Part shown: positions 30,233 through 40,394 of the stretch, in pieces
Layout of the letters: each line of letters begins with the position of its first letter
Numbering within the stretch: position 1 is the first letter of the stretch
NCBI GenBank assembly: GCA_963792535.1
Contig: CAWBWQ010000001.1
Span: forward strand, 224,001-288,000
DNA from: an uncultured Phycisphaerales bacterium
GTDB taxonomy: Bacteria; Planctomycetota; Phycisphaerae; Tepidisphaerales; Tepidisphaeraceae
Direction of reading: 5' to 3'
Length of the DNA stretch: 64,000 bases
Program-made: the position numbers and the translations under genes
Notes under the pieces: model-generated
What the model was told of the DNA's origin: nothing
The model's database searches: none
The model's input: only the letters and a program-made list of their open reading frames with translations

Positions 30233-31617
30233 ATGACACAAACGCTGGCTGCACAATCACCAACCGCGACAGGCTCTTTCGTCGCCGAGGTTCGAAATGT
30301 CACCGTCAACTTCGGGCAGGATGGCGCTGTCCGCACCGTGCTGGAGGATGTGACACTGGGGATCCGGCCCGGCGAAGTGCTGGCGCTGCTGGGCCCCAGC
30401 GGTTGCGGCAAGTCTACCCTGCTTCGCGCAATGGTGGGCTTGACTCAAATCACCAGCGGAGAGGTTCTGACACATGGCAAACCGCTGGTGGGAATCAACC
30501 CGGGCGTGTCCATCGTCTTTCAGAATTTCGCGCTGTTCCCGTGGCTGACCGTCCAGGAAAACGTTCGGCTCGCGCTAAACGGGCTGGGGCTCGGCGAAGA
30601 TGAGGGAACCGAACGCGTCAAGCGCTGTATTGACATTGTCGGCCTGGAAGGATTTGAAGAGGCATACCCCAAGGAACTTTCTGGTGGGATGAAGCAGCGC
30701 GTCGGCTTCGCCCGGGCGATGGCCCGCGGACCGGAATTGCTCTGCATGGACGAACCGTTTAGCGCCCTGGATGTCTTTACCGCGGAAAGCTTGAGAAGCG
30801 AAATCTACCGGTTGTTTTCCAGGAGGTCAGACAGCGTCACCCAAGCCGCCGCCGCCGAACTGCCGCGATCCGCAGCGTGATGATCATCACACATTCGATC
30901 GAAGAGGCGGTATTCCTCGCCGATCGCATCGTAGTGCTTGCGAGCAAGCCGGGGCGCATTCAGCAGGTCATTCAAAACGATGTTGCGCACCCGCGCGAGT
31001 ATCAATCACCGACTTTTTTGCGCCTGGTCAAGCGAATTCACGATTGCATTACCGCACAGCAGTTGCCTGAACCCGCTGCAATACCACCAGCCGAAAACAC
31101 CCCCGGCGGCATGCCCATTCCTGAACCGCTGCCCAGCGTCAATATCGGTCATGTCGCTGGTCTGATGGAAATCATCCGCGATCATGGCGGTGAGATGGAT
31201 ATCTTCGGGCTCGACCAGCTCACCGACTATGATTTCGGTCATACGCTTTCGGTGGTCAAGGCCGGCGAGATGTTGGACCTGCTCGACACGCCGAAGAATA
31301 AGGTAATTCTCACCGATATTGGCCGCCGGTACCTCGACGGTGACATCAATGCCCGCAAGGTGCTGTTCCGCGAGCAGCTTCGGCAGCTGGGCACATTCCG
31401 GTTCGTGATCCGCCTGCTGGAAGACGCCAAGGACCACCGCCTGCCGCGTGATGTGGTCATCGAAGAACTCGCGATCCGGCTCACGACCGAGGACATCGAA
31501 AAGATGTTCAACATCGTCGTCACCTGGGGCCGATTCGCAGAATTATTCGGATATTCGCCGGACGAAGAAGTGCTTTATCTCGACACCGAGTCGTCGAGTT
31601 CAACGCCCGCAAGCTGA
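30233..31617 (+). CDS. NitT/TauT-family ABC ATPase with C-terminal AAA-associated domain; frameshift near 30866
   Basis: GPSGCGKS, LSGGMKQR, MDEPFSALD, THSIEEA, WGRFAELF. Confidence 0.9.
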
Positions 31618-31664
31618 TTTCCCGATCCGCGCCAGCGTGCATATAATTTACAGCGAGGTGTTCA

Positions 31665-31883
31665 ATGTCTGATGTCATCATTCAAGGCAATTGGGATGAT
31701 TTAGTGACCCGCCAGGATCTGCGGGGTCGCAGGGTCCGCGTCATTGTCATCGACGAAGAACAGCCAGGTAACCCATGGCTCAAGAGCCTCCACGCCTGGG
31801 CTAACAGCCACCAGCCTCTGGGTTATTCAGTCGACGACAGCCGCGAGAGCATCTACTGCGGCACGGTGGATGACCCCCGATGA
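31665..31883 (+). CDS. Small putative antitoxin
   Basis: GAGG RBS, C-terminal 'VDDSRESIY' pattern, ATGA overlap with a PIN-like start. Confidence 0.6.
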   Translation: MSDVIIQGNWDDLVTRQDLRGRRVRVIVIDEEQPGNPWLKSLHAWANSHQPLGYSVDDSRESIYCGTVDDPR

Positions 31884-31978
31884 TCCTGGTTGATACCAAC
31901 ATCCCACTGCGCATTGCGCAGGCAGGCCAGATTCAATCCCTCAACCCCTTCGACGTGCTGGCCATTCCCAGAACCTGA
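31880..31978 (+). pseudogene. Internally deleted PIN/VapC toxin remnant (MILVDTNIPLRIAQAGQIQSLNPFDVLAIPRT)
   Basis: PIN N-terminal ILVDTN motif joined directly to a PIN-like C-terminal LNPFDV segment; 32 codons. Confidence 0.6.
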
Positions 31979-32099
31979 TTCGACACGCCAGCCATACAAC
32001 CGCGGCGACAGCATGATTCCGCCGGTGCGTTTGACCAAGGCACAGCATTCGATTTCGGCGTCTCGGTCACATTTTCGTGCGTCCCCGATTCATCCCTGC

Positions 32100-33521
32100 T
32101 CAATCGGCTCGATTGCCGGACGGTTTGGTGCGGGCAGCTTTTTTGACTCGCCACGGTGCGTTCTGCTGCCAGTCCCCGGCCATGATGCAGCCGATGGGGT
32201 CAATCGTGTCTACGATTTGCGCCAGCCTGTAGGTTTCAATCTGTCGGCGCACGGTTGCAGCATCCTTGTAGGCGAGTGGCAACTCGCTGACATCTGGAAT
32301 GCCGCAGAAAAATCGTGCGTCGATGTGAGAGGTCTGCTCGGCCATCATTTGCGCGGCCGTCTTTCCAGCATGACGCCTCAGGTAGGCGGATCTGCTGAAG
32401 TTTCGGCCGGCACCGTGCGGCGCGAAGCCCAGACCGCTGTCGGCGTTCAGCCCGCGGGCAATTAAAATCGGTTGGCCCATGTTCAGGGGAATCAGCGTCA
32501 GTCCGCTGCTGTCGGCGGCGAAGTCCGGCCAGGCCGGTGTCGCTCCCTTGGCGTGATAGAACAGGCCGTCGGATTTACGAAACACGAAGTTGTGTTCGTT
32601 CCAGAAACGATCCGCAACCCGCAGTCCCAGGGATGCAGCCACGATGTCATGGATCGCGAAGTGACTGGCCTTCGTCCACGCCCGGACAGTTTGCAGGGCC
32701 GACCAGTAATCCTCCCCTTCGCGAGTCTCAGCGATGATCCACGCATTATGCTCCGGGGTTTCCGGCGATATCGCGCGGCGAACCTTTTCTGCGACGGCCA
32801 TGCCGGATTTGTAAAGCATCGCGCCGGGTTTCCGCGATCCATGATGTGTCACAAGAGCAATGTCGCCGGTGGAACTGACACGGCCGACATAGAAAAAATG
32901 ATTGCCGTCTCCCTGTGTCGCGAAATGTTCGAGCGCGGCGCTTTGTGCGTTGCGCAAAAATGGGTTTGCCGCGAAGGCGTCAAGCACCTCAGCCGGTGGA
33001 GTCGCCAGGCGGTCTGCCGTTGCACGGCCGCCGCCGCCAAAATGACTGAACTTCATGCCCGCATCGAGCAAAGCGGTAGGATTGATATCGTGACCGGCAA
33101 AGATTGAGACGGCCATTGAGCAGCAGATGTCTGCCGAATGCATGCCCGGGTGAATCGCGTCTTCAGTTGCGACCACGCCACCCACTGGAATCGTACCCGG
33201 TTCATGTCCGGCGGGGCAGGCGTCAGGCATTAATGCGCCGCGCGGCACGGTCGGAACGCGCATCAGCTCACGCATGTGTTTTTCGACGCCAGCGACATTG
33301 ACGATCTCATCGTCGCTTTCAGGGCTGATGTTGCTGTGGTAGCTCAGCAGGCCGGCTTCGCGCAACGGCACAGTCGGACCGGGTGCCAGCTGCGCAATGA
33401 GTTGGCGGATCTCAACCTCTGCCGCGCCGCGCGCCTCCGCCTCGGCAGCCGCAGCCAGCGCGTTGGAGAACCACGACCCGGGCTTATAGCCCCATTGAAT
33501 AAGCGTTGATCCGTTCACCAT
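32100..33521 (-). CDS. rtcB: RtcB-family RNA ligase
   Basis: PDACP, DICCS, GDGNHF, HHGSR, HNF, HAKGAT, HGAGR, ELPLAYK. Confidence 0.92.
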   Translation of the reverse strand: MVNGSTLIQWGYKPGSWFSNALAAAAEAEARGAAEVEIRQLIAQLAPGPTVPLREAGLLSYHSNISPESDDEIVNVAGVEKHMRELMRVPTVPRGALMPDACPAGHEPGTIPVGGVVATEDAIHPGMHSADICCSMAVSIFAGHDINPTALLDAGMKFSHFGGGGRATADRLATPPAEVLDAFAANPFLRNAQSAALEHFATQGDGNHFFYVGRVSSTGDIALVTHHGSRKPGAMLYKSGMAVAEKVRRAISPETPEHNAWIIAETREGEDYWSALQTVRAWTKASHFAIHDIVAASLGLRVADRFWNEHNFVFRKSDGLFYHAKGATPAWPDFAADSSGLTLIPLNMGQPILIARGLNADSGLGFAPHGAGRNFSRSAYLRRHAGKTAAQMMAEQTSHIDARFFCGIPDVSELPLAYKDAATVRRQIETYRLAQIVDTIDPIGCIMAGDWQQNAPWRVKKAARTKPSGNRAD

Positions 33522-33719
33522 AATGACTCGCTTATAAACTATCAGACTCAAGCTGAAATCGAAACCGTCGCGAGCATGACGCGAGCCGTGACTTCGAACG
33601 CGTCAATATCCGGGCGGCCTACCTTTTCCATCTGCCTGAAATGAATCGGGAACCAAGTCATCGATGAACAACCCAACTTCGGGTTGCTGCGAATCAGAAA
33701 AATGCGGCTAATCTTTGCT

Positions 33720-34318
33720 TTAAGTCCTAGTGTCTTCTAACGGAAGCATCAAACCGGGGATTGCCCGCTGCAGCGCATCGCAACGGTCATAAACATCATC
33801 CGGATCAAATCGATCTATCGCTATCGGCTTGTCCCACCGTCGCCCATGGCCCACCCAATGCCGTCCTTGAAGGCACTCGCGGTATTGCCCGACAATATTG
33901 TTGTTGATGAGGTTCGTTTTTTTCAGGACGGTCAGGATGCCGGCCTCATCGAAGTCCGGGCGAAGTTGCTTCCCAGACGAAAGTTTTTTGTGCCAGTTTC
34001 GATAGGCAGACGACAATTCATCCTTCAGATTCCTGCCGACACGATCAAAATAGTTGAGAGTGACCGTTGCTTCTGAACTGGCAACGAGGTTTAGCATGGT
34101 CAGTCGTTCGAGTTCTCGCCGATGATAATCAAAGTATTGATCCACGTCGCTTTCGGTCATCGCCGCGAATCTCGCCGCGACAGTGAAGCCTTCGCGAATC
34201 GCGCGAACACCGCGCCGCGTTGCTCAAGTAGCGCTTCGAGCACGCCGCGATACCAGTCACGGATCTCATCGAGCGTTTGTCGCTCGGCCGTTTTATATTC
34301 GACCGGTGGGATTGGCAT
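33720..34318 (-). CDS. Helical protein with RxxxxH motif (HEPN-like); frameshift near 34205 joins MPIPPVEYK.. to ..MTESDVDQYF..
   Basis: RHWVGHGRRW motif near the C-terminus; upstream short ORF continues after a 1-nt shift. Confidence 0.6.
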
Positions 34319-34323
34319 CGCTG

Positions 34324-34779
34324 TCAGTCCCGCATGACGCGCTTGAGTACCTCGGCGAGAGAAGATTCATCGAAGAGCACTGCTTTGAGCGTTGGCTGTC
34401 GCGTCTGTACAAAGCTCCATCGAGAGTCGGTTTGAACGATCAGCACCTCTTCGCCGCGCTCCCCTAGAACATCAACGCGACCACTTGCGCCTGCGATGTT
34501 GCGCCTGCGCGGTGAAAAGCGGACCTGTTCGTCGCCTACAAGCAGGATCAGGTCGTCCACCTTGTAGGTTCCAATGTAGTTCTCGCTCAGTTCCTTGGGG
34601 CGTCGCTGGAGCACAGCGGTCTTCTGGGCGATCGGCCCAGCGAGGATCTTCTCAATCTGTTGGTATAGGCGATCAACCGCCGAGACATACTTGTTACGGC
34701 GCTCGTCCCAGTCGATAGGGGCCCCGACCGACGCTTGCTTTTGCTTTTTCTGAAAAATGTCGTCCAGGCTCTGATTCAT
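34324..34779 (-). CDS. Hypothetical protein, first gene of a two-gene unit with the HEPN-like protein
   Basis: 151-aa ORF with GGAG RBS, 5 nt upstream of the next gene; E..IGTY, GASGRVD motifs. Confidence 0.75.
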   Translation of the reverse strand: MNQSLDDIFQKKQKQASVGAPIDWDERRNKYVSAVDRLYQQIEKILAGPIAQKTAVLQRRPKELSENYIGTYKVDDLILLVGDEQVRFSPRRRNIAGASGRVDVLGERGEEVLIVQTDSRWSFVQTRQPTLKAVLFDESSLAEVLKRVMRD

Positions 34780-35104
34780 CTTTTGGCTCCGTCGATAGTT
34801 TATGTCATTTTCTCTGTCAATCCAGCATTACCTTCGCATGAGGCGAGGCCCGCCCGTCGCATTGATAGTGAAAGCTGCCGGTTTTTGAGGACGCAGGGTA
34901 CGCGGGCAAGCTGCACCCGGCGGAGCGCATGTATTGATGCAGGCGTGCGTGCTGGTCTTCCCCTTCTTGCCCATGTGCGAAGAATAGTACGCCAGGTTTT
35001 TTTGGCCAATGCTACCAACCAATTCCATGACGGGCATGGGATGGCAAATCGCCGTTGTTTGCTATACTTCCCGGCGAGTCAAATCGATACACAACGGAGC
35101 ACTG

Positions 35105-37079
35105 ATGTCAGATTCCAATACCGGCATTGAATCAACCATGCAGGAAACCCGCCTGTTTCCGCCCTCGGCGGCTTTCTCGGCCAACGCTCATGTCAAATCG
35201 ATGGATGAATACAAAAAGCTGTATCGCCAATCGATCGATCATCCGGAAACCTTCTGGGGCGACGTGGCGGAAAAACTGCACTGGTTCAAAAAGTGGGACA
35301 CCGTGCTGAAATGGGAAACACCCGATGTGCAGTGGTTTGTTGGAGGAAAAACCAACATGGCACACAACTGTCTGGATCACCAGGTGAACCAGGGCAGGGG
35401 AGACAAAACCGCCATCTTATGGGAGGGCGAACCGATGTCGGCTACGCAGCCGCCGGAGGTTCGGCGTATCAGTTATTCGCAGTTGAAAGACGAGGTCTGT
35501 CGCTTTGCCAACGGCTTGAAAAAGCTGGGTGTGCGCAAGGGCGATCGTGTGACGATCTACCTGCCGCAGATTCCAGAGGCCGCCGTGGCGATGCTGGCCT
35601 GCGCGAATCGGCGCGGCGCATTCAGTCGTGTTTGGTGGATTTTCGAGCCAGTCGATCTGCGATCGCGTGGAGGATGCGCAGTCTAATTTTATCATCACCG
35701 CTGATGGAGGCTATCGTCGCGGGGCAGCGGTGCCGCTGAAGAAAAATGTCGACGCGGCAATGGAGAAAACCAGCCGGATCAAACAGGTGATTGTGCTGAA
35801 GCGCACCGGCGAAAAAATCGACTGGCATCCGCAGCGCGATATCTGGTGGACCGATGTCATCGCCGATCAGTCGACCGACTGCCCGGCCGAGCCGATGGAT
35901 TCCGAAGACCTTCTGTTTGTGCTCTACACCAGCGGATCGACCGGCAAACCCAAGGGGATCATCCACACCACCGCCGGTTACATGGTGGGGACCTACCTGA
36001 GCACCCGCTGCGTTTTTGATATTCAGGAAACCGACGTGTACTGGTGTACCGCCGATGTTGGATGGATCACCGGGCACAGTTATGTGGTGTACGGCCCGCT
36101 CACCAACGGCGCAACAACATTAATGTATGAGGGCGCTCCGAATTACCCCGATTTTTCGCGATTCTGGGACATTGTCGAGCGACACAGCGTTTCGGTTTTT
36201 TACACAGCGCCGACCGCCATTCGCGCGTTTATGAAAGCCGGGCGGGAACTGGTGGACAAGCACAACCTCGCCTCGCTGCGGTTGCTCGGAACGGTCGGTG
36301 AACCGATCAATCCCGAAGCGTGGATGTGGTACCATCAGGTGATCGGCGGCGGTAAATGCCCGATTGCCGATACCTGGTGGCAGACCGAAACCGGCATGCA
36401 CATGATTACCCCGTTGCCCGGCGCCACACCCACAAAACCTGGTACGGCGACACTCCCATTTTTTGGTGTGGATGCTGCCATTGTGGACCGGGAAGGCAAA
36501 GAGCTCGGCCCAAACCAGGGCGGGCTGCTCGTGATCCGCAAGCCCTGGCCGGCCATGCTGCGCGGCATCTTCAACGACCCCGAGCGTTATGCAAAAACCT
36601 ATTGGTCAGACGTCAAAGGAATGTATTTCACCGGCGATGGCGCACGGCGCGACAGCGACGGATATTTCTGGATCATGGGCCGCGTTGACGATGTCCTCAA
36701 TGTCTCGGGACATCGACTGGGAACCGCCGAGATCGAAAGCGCCCTGGTGTCCCACCCGTCCGTCGCCGAGGCAGCGGTTGTTGGCATGCCTCACGAGATG
36801 AAGGGGCAGGGCGTCGCCGCGTTCGTTACCCTTAAAACAGGCCAAAAGCCCAGCGAGGCGTTGAAAAAAGAACTCATCAATACCGTAGCCCGGCAGATCG
36901 GCGCATTGGCCAAGCCGGACCAGATTCGTTTTACGGATTCTCTGCCAAAAACGCGCAGCGGAAAAATCATGCGCCGCCTGCTGAAAGAAGTCGCCAGCGG
37001 GCAGGAAATCAAGGGAGACACAACAACCCTGGAAGATTTTACCGTTCTCGCACAGCTGAAGGAGAAGGAAGAGTCGTAA
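35105..37079 (+). CDS. acs: Acetyl-CoA synthetase; frameshift near 35605
   Basis: [45 protein letters not shown]. Confidence 0.97.
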
Positions 37080-37279
37080 CGCTCATCCCTTTGCGGGAAT
37101 AAGGTTCAACTCTGACAGCATTTCGGCGTCATAGTTGTTGTCGTCTTTAAGCTATCGGTGGAAACTGCCTCGATGGTCACGCGCTTAGTATTAGCAGCGT
37201 CGCGATCTCCGCCTGCTTTCGGATTACACTCAATCTTCAACGAAAGATTCGAACCCGACACGCGGGGAAACAATTCCTT

Positions 37280-40200
37280 TTATTGAACCGCCGGAGCGAC
37301 CGAAAATGTTTCATAGGTCGCGAGTTTTAAATGCTCCGGTTTAGCACCGCTCATGTCGAACACGACCAGGTCATTGGAACCCTCTTTCAGCCAGCATTCG
37401 GGCATGTACATCAGAACAGTCTGCGGGCATTCACCGAGGTTATGACCGTTAAGCCAGACGTGTCCCGACGTCAGTCCGTCGGTCACCAGCCCGATTGTTT
37501 GCTGCATGCCCTTGGGCTGCTGGTAGTTGAAACTGCATTTCCAGAAAGTGGGTTGACCCTCCTCGCGGGGCTCGCCATTCTGCCAGGGCTCGTGCGCGAG
37601 GAAATCGTTCCAGTTGGTGACGCGTCCCACGATAGCGGTTTCATCAAGATCCGTGAGACCGCCGTGGAAATACCACGTCGATGTGGTCAGCGGCGAGTTG
37701 TGCCAGAGCTGAACACGCAGCTTCGCGTATTCATCACCGAGTCTGCTTTGCAACTCGTATAGCAGCGTGTTCTTACCGGCCACCAGCCACTTCGCAGACA
37801 TTCTCCGTGCGTTCCGTAAGACGATGTCCATTAACATAAAACAGCCACGCCAACGGGCTGCGGATGGTTGCCTTTCCCGGCATTCTTTGGAAGTACAAAG
37901 TTGGGTAACTCGATGATTGAATCGACCTGGTCGGCAGTGAGCGTGACGACGCCGCGATACCATGAATCACCGCGCGGTAAAACGATTTCGCTCGCCAGCG
38001 TCTGCTCATCCACCGGCGACCATTTAGAGTCATCAAAATCGGGCCGGGCGATATCGTCAGCAACGGCATTACGCTGGGCATGCGTCCATTGTTTCCAGCT
38101 GACCGCAAGCGGTGTAGACGATGCATCGGTCGAGATGCCGCCCCAGATTCCGCGCGCATGGACCATCCCTGACGGAGTAACATTCTTCGATCGCGGCGAC
38201 GCCTTGACGAGGATCGCCAGGCTGTTGTCGCCGGCCCTGGCGTCGCCGACCTTCATCGTCGCTGATTGGTCGTATTGAAAATGGGCGGGAGAGGCAGGCT
38301 TGCCATTCAAAAATACCTGGAACGCGCCCGACTGCCCGACCAGGTGGAGCGAAACAGGACCGGCGGCATCGCGATGCAATGTTGTGCGATACCAGCCGTA
38401 CCGGTTTTCGAAGCTGTCGTAGGTTTCCATCGCCTGCGGTCCGGTCGATGGGATCCATTTTTCTTTGTCATCAACCTTCAGATCGGGTGCACGTTCGTCG
38501 GCACCATCGCGCCACGTCCACGACGTCAGGGCGGGCAACGCAGCTTCACCGGACCCCGGTGACGAAACGCGCGTGGTTCCCGACGCCGCATAAACCGTAG
38601 CGGTCCCTCCTGCAGGTGGAAATTCCATGCTCCCGTCTTCAAGCACAAAAGACGGGCCGATAAATAGCTGCCCATGCACGTACCATGTGCGGCAGGTCAT
38701 GTCGGTGTTTATGACGAGCAGTTTCGCCGTTCGCCCATCTCCCGAATCAAGGCTGATCTCCTGCATCTTGTCGCCGGCGGGGTAGGTGAAATCAACCTGC
38801 TTGGGACCGAGCCCGCCGCTCTTCCGTGCGAGCGTAACTTCACCGCTGTCGCCCGCGGAACCGTAACAGACCCAGTAATCGGTGTTGCCAATCGTCTCCC
38901 GGAAGAGCACGTTCGAACAGACCGACTCAAACGAGGCGTTGTCCGTCCACGGAATATTCACGAGCACCGTGCGCGGCTCAACAACGCCGACCTTCAAACT
39001 TCCCTGATGCGGAAGTGACATGTTCCCAACAGTCAGATGCGTCTCAAGAGGGATGTTGGGATCGGCCTTTGGCGCGTGGTATGCGCCGGCCTCGGGCAGG
39101 ATCGCGGCGATGGGCGCAGCGCCGGCTTTCTGCTGAAAATGATCGACAAAGACGATGCTTCCCCCGGTGGGATTCGTGCGCGTGGTGACACGCAGCGCCG
39201 GTTGATCGCATTTGGCAAAATTCGGATCGTCGTGGCTGCCGGTCAGCAATGAATTAAAAGCCCTGGCGAATTGCGCGGCCCGCCGCGCAAAAAAGTAAAA
39301 CGAGGCGCAGTTGTCCCGCTTCACCGACGGGAGCGGAGTAATCGTACGAGGCGGCAAGCGAGTCGCCGGAATATCCAAAGTTGGTACCGCCGTGCGCCAT
39401 GTAATAGTTGTAGCCGGCCCCGCCGAACGCCATGACTTTCCAACTGCCGCGCGTTTTCTCGGCAATCGTGCCGGGAGTCATCTCGCCGTATTTTCCGATC
39501 CACCCGGTCCAGAATTCAGTGCTGTACCACGGTGATTTGCCCGGCGTGAATGGAACTTCGCCGGCGGGTTCCTGGCTGTGGTGCAAGCCGGAATTAAACA
39601 TCGGAACCTCGATGCTGTTTTTCCTCGCCTGGTCGTCGAGGTATCCCAGATAAGGATCGTCAACCGCCGTCCCCCAGCCGCGGGAGTGCTCGTTTTCAAG
39701 CTGAACCAGGATAACGCTGCCGCCCCGGCTCACCTGATGCTTTGCAGTGATGGCTTCGATGCGGTCCAGATGCGGATCAGAATAAGCGGTGGAAGGCCCC
39801 AGTTCGCGCTGGGTCATCCCCGGCTTTACCGTGAGCCATGCAGGATAGCCGCCCTCTTCCCATTCCGCGCAGGAATACGGCCCGACGCGCACCAGCGCAT
39901 ACATGTTCATGTCCTTCAGCAGGGAAAGCCACGCGTCGAGATCGACATTATCGGTGAGATTCCACTGGTTTTCCTTTGGCTCTGAAGCGTTCCAGAAAAC
40001 GTACGATTGCACGCAATTAAAACCCATCTGCTTCAAACGCCAGATGCGGTCGCGCCACAGCTCTCTTGGAACGCGGGCGTAGTGGATCGAGCCCGAAGAG
40101 ATGAACGTCGGTTTTCCGTTTATGGAAAAATATCCATCCTTCCAGTGGATGGCATTGGCGGCAGCGGGCGCAGGTGGAAAGATCTGGTCGCGCGTGTCAT

Positions 40201-40285
40201 CCGGTGCGCTATGCGCTTGCGTCGAATGGAACATGACGCCGAGCGACAAAAGGCCTAGCATTGTTTTGCGGGATACCGTTTTCAT
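37280..40285 (-). CDS. Secreted GH35 beta-galactosidase-like protein; frameshifts near 39305 and 37830
   Basis: Signal peptide, SGSIHYARVP..W.DR, YVFWN, RVGPY.CAEW, QLENE, TEFWTGW, NYYMAHGGTNFG, C-terminal jelly-roll (VWLNGHNLG). Confidence 0.85.
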
Positions 40286-40394
40286 ATTCGTTTTCCTTCA
40301 GTGGTGAGTGCAAGCCGCCCTTGTTGGAAATGCAAAGAACAGCCAGCGTATCGCCGAGCTTCACCCGGCCAACGCGCGTTGGTGATCCTCGCTG

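Noticed and set aside
26710..37079. Mass pseudogenisation or programmed frameshifting of zwf, the ABC ATPase, acs and others
   Set aside because: Motifs are fully intact, I saw no nonsense-type decay or slippery heptamers, and the indels fall in similar sequence contexts, so sequencing error is more parsimonious
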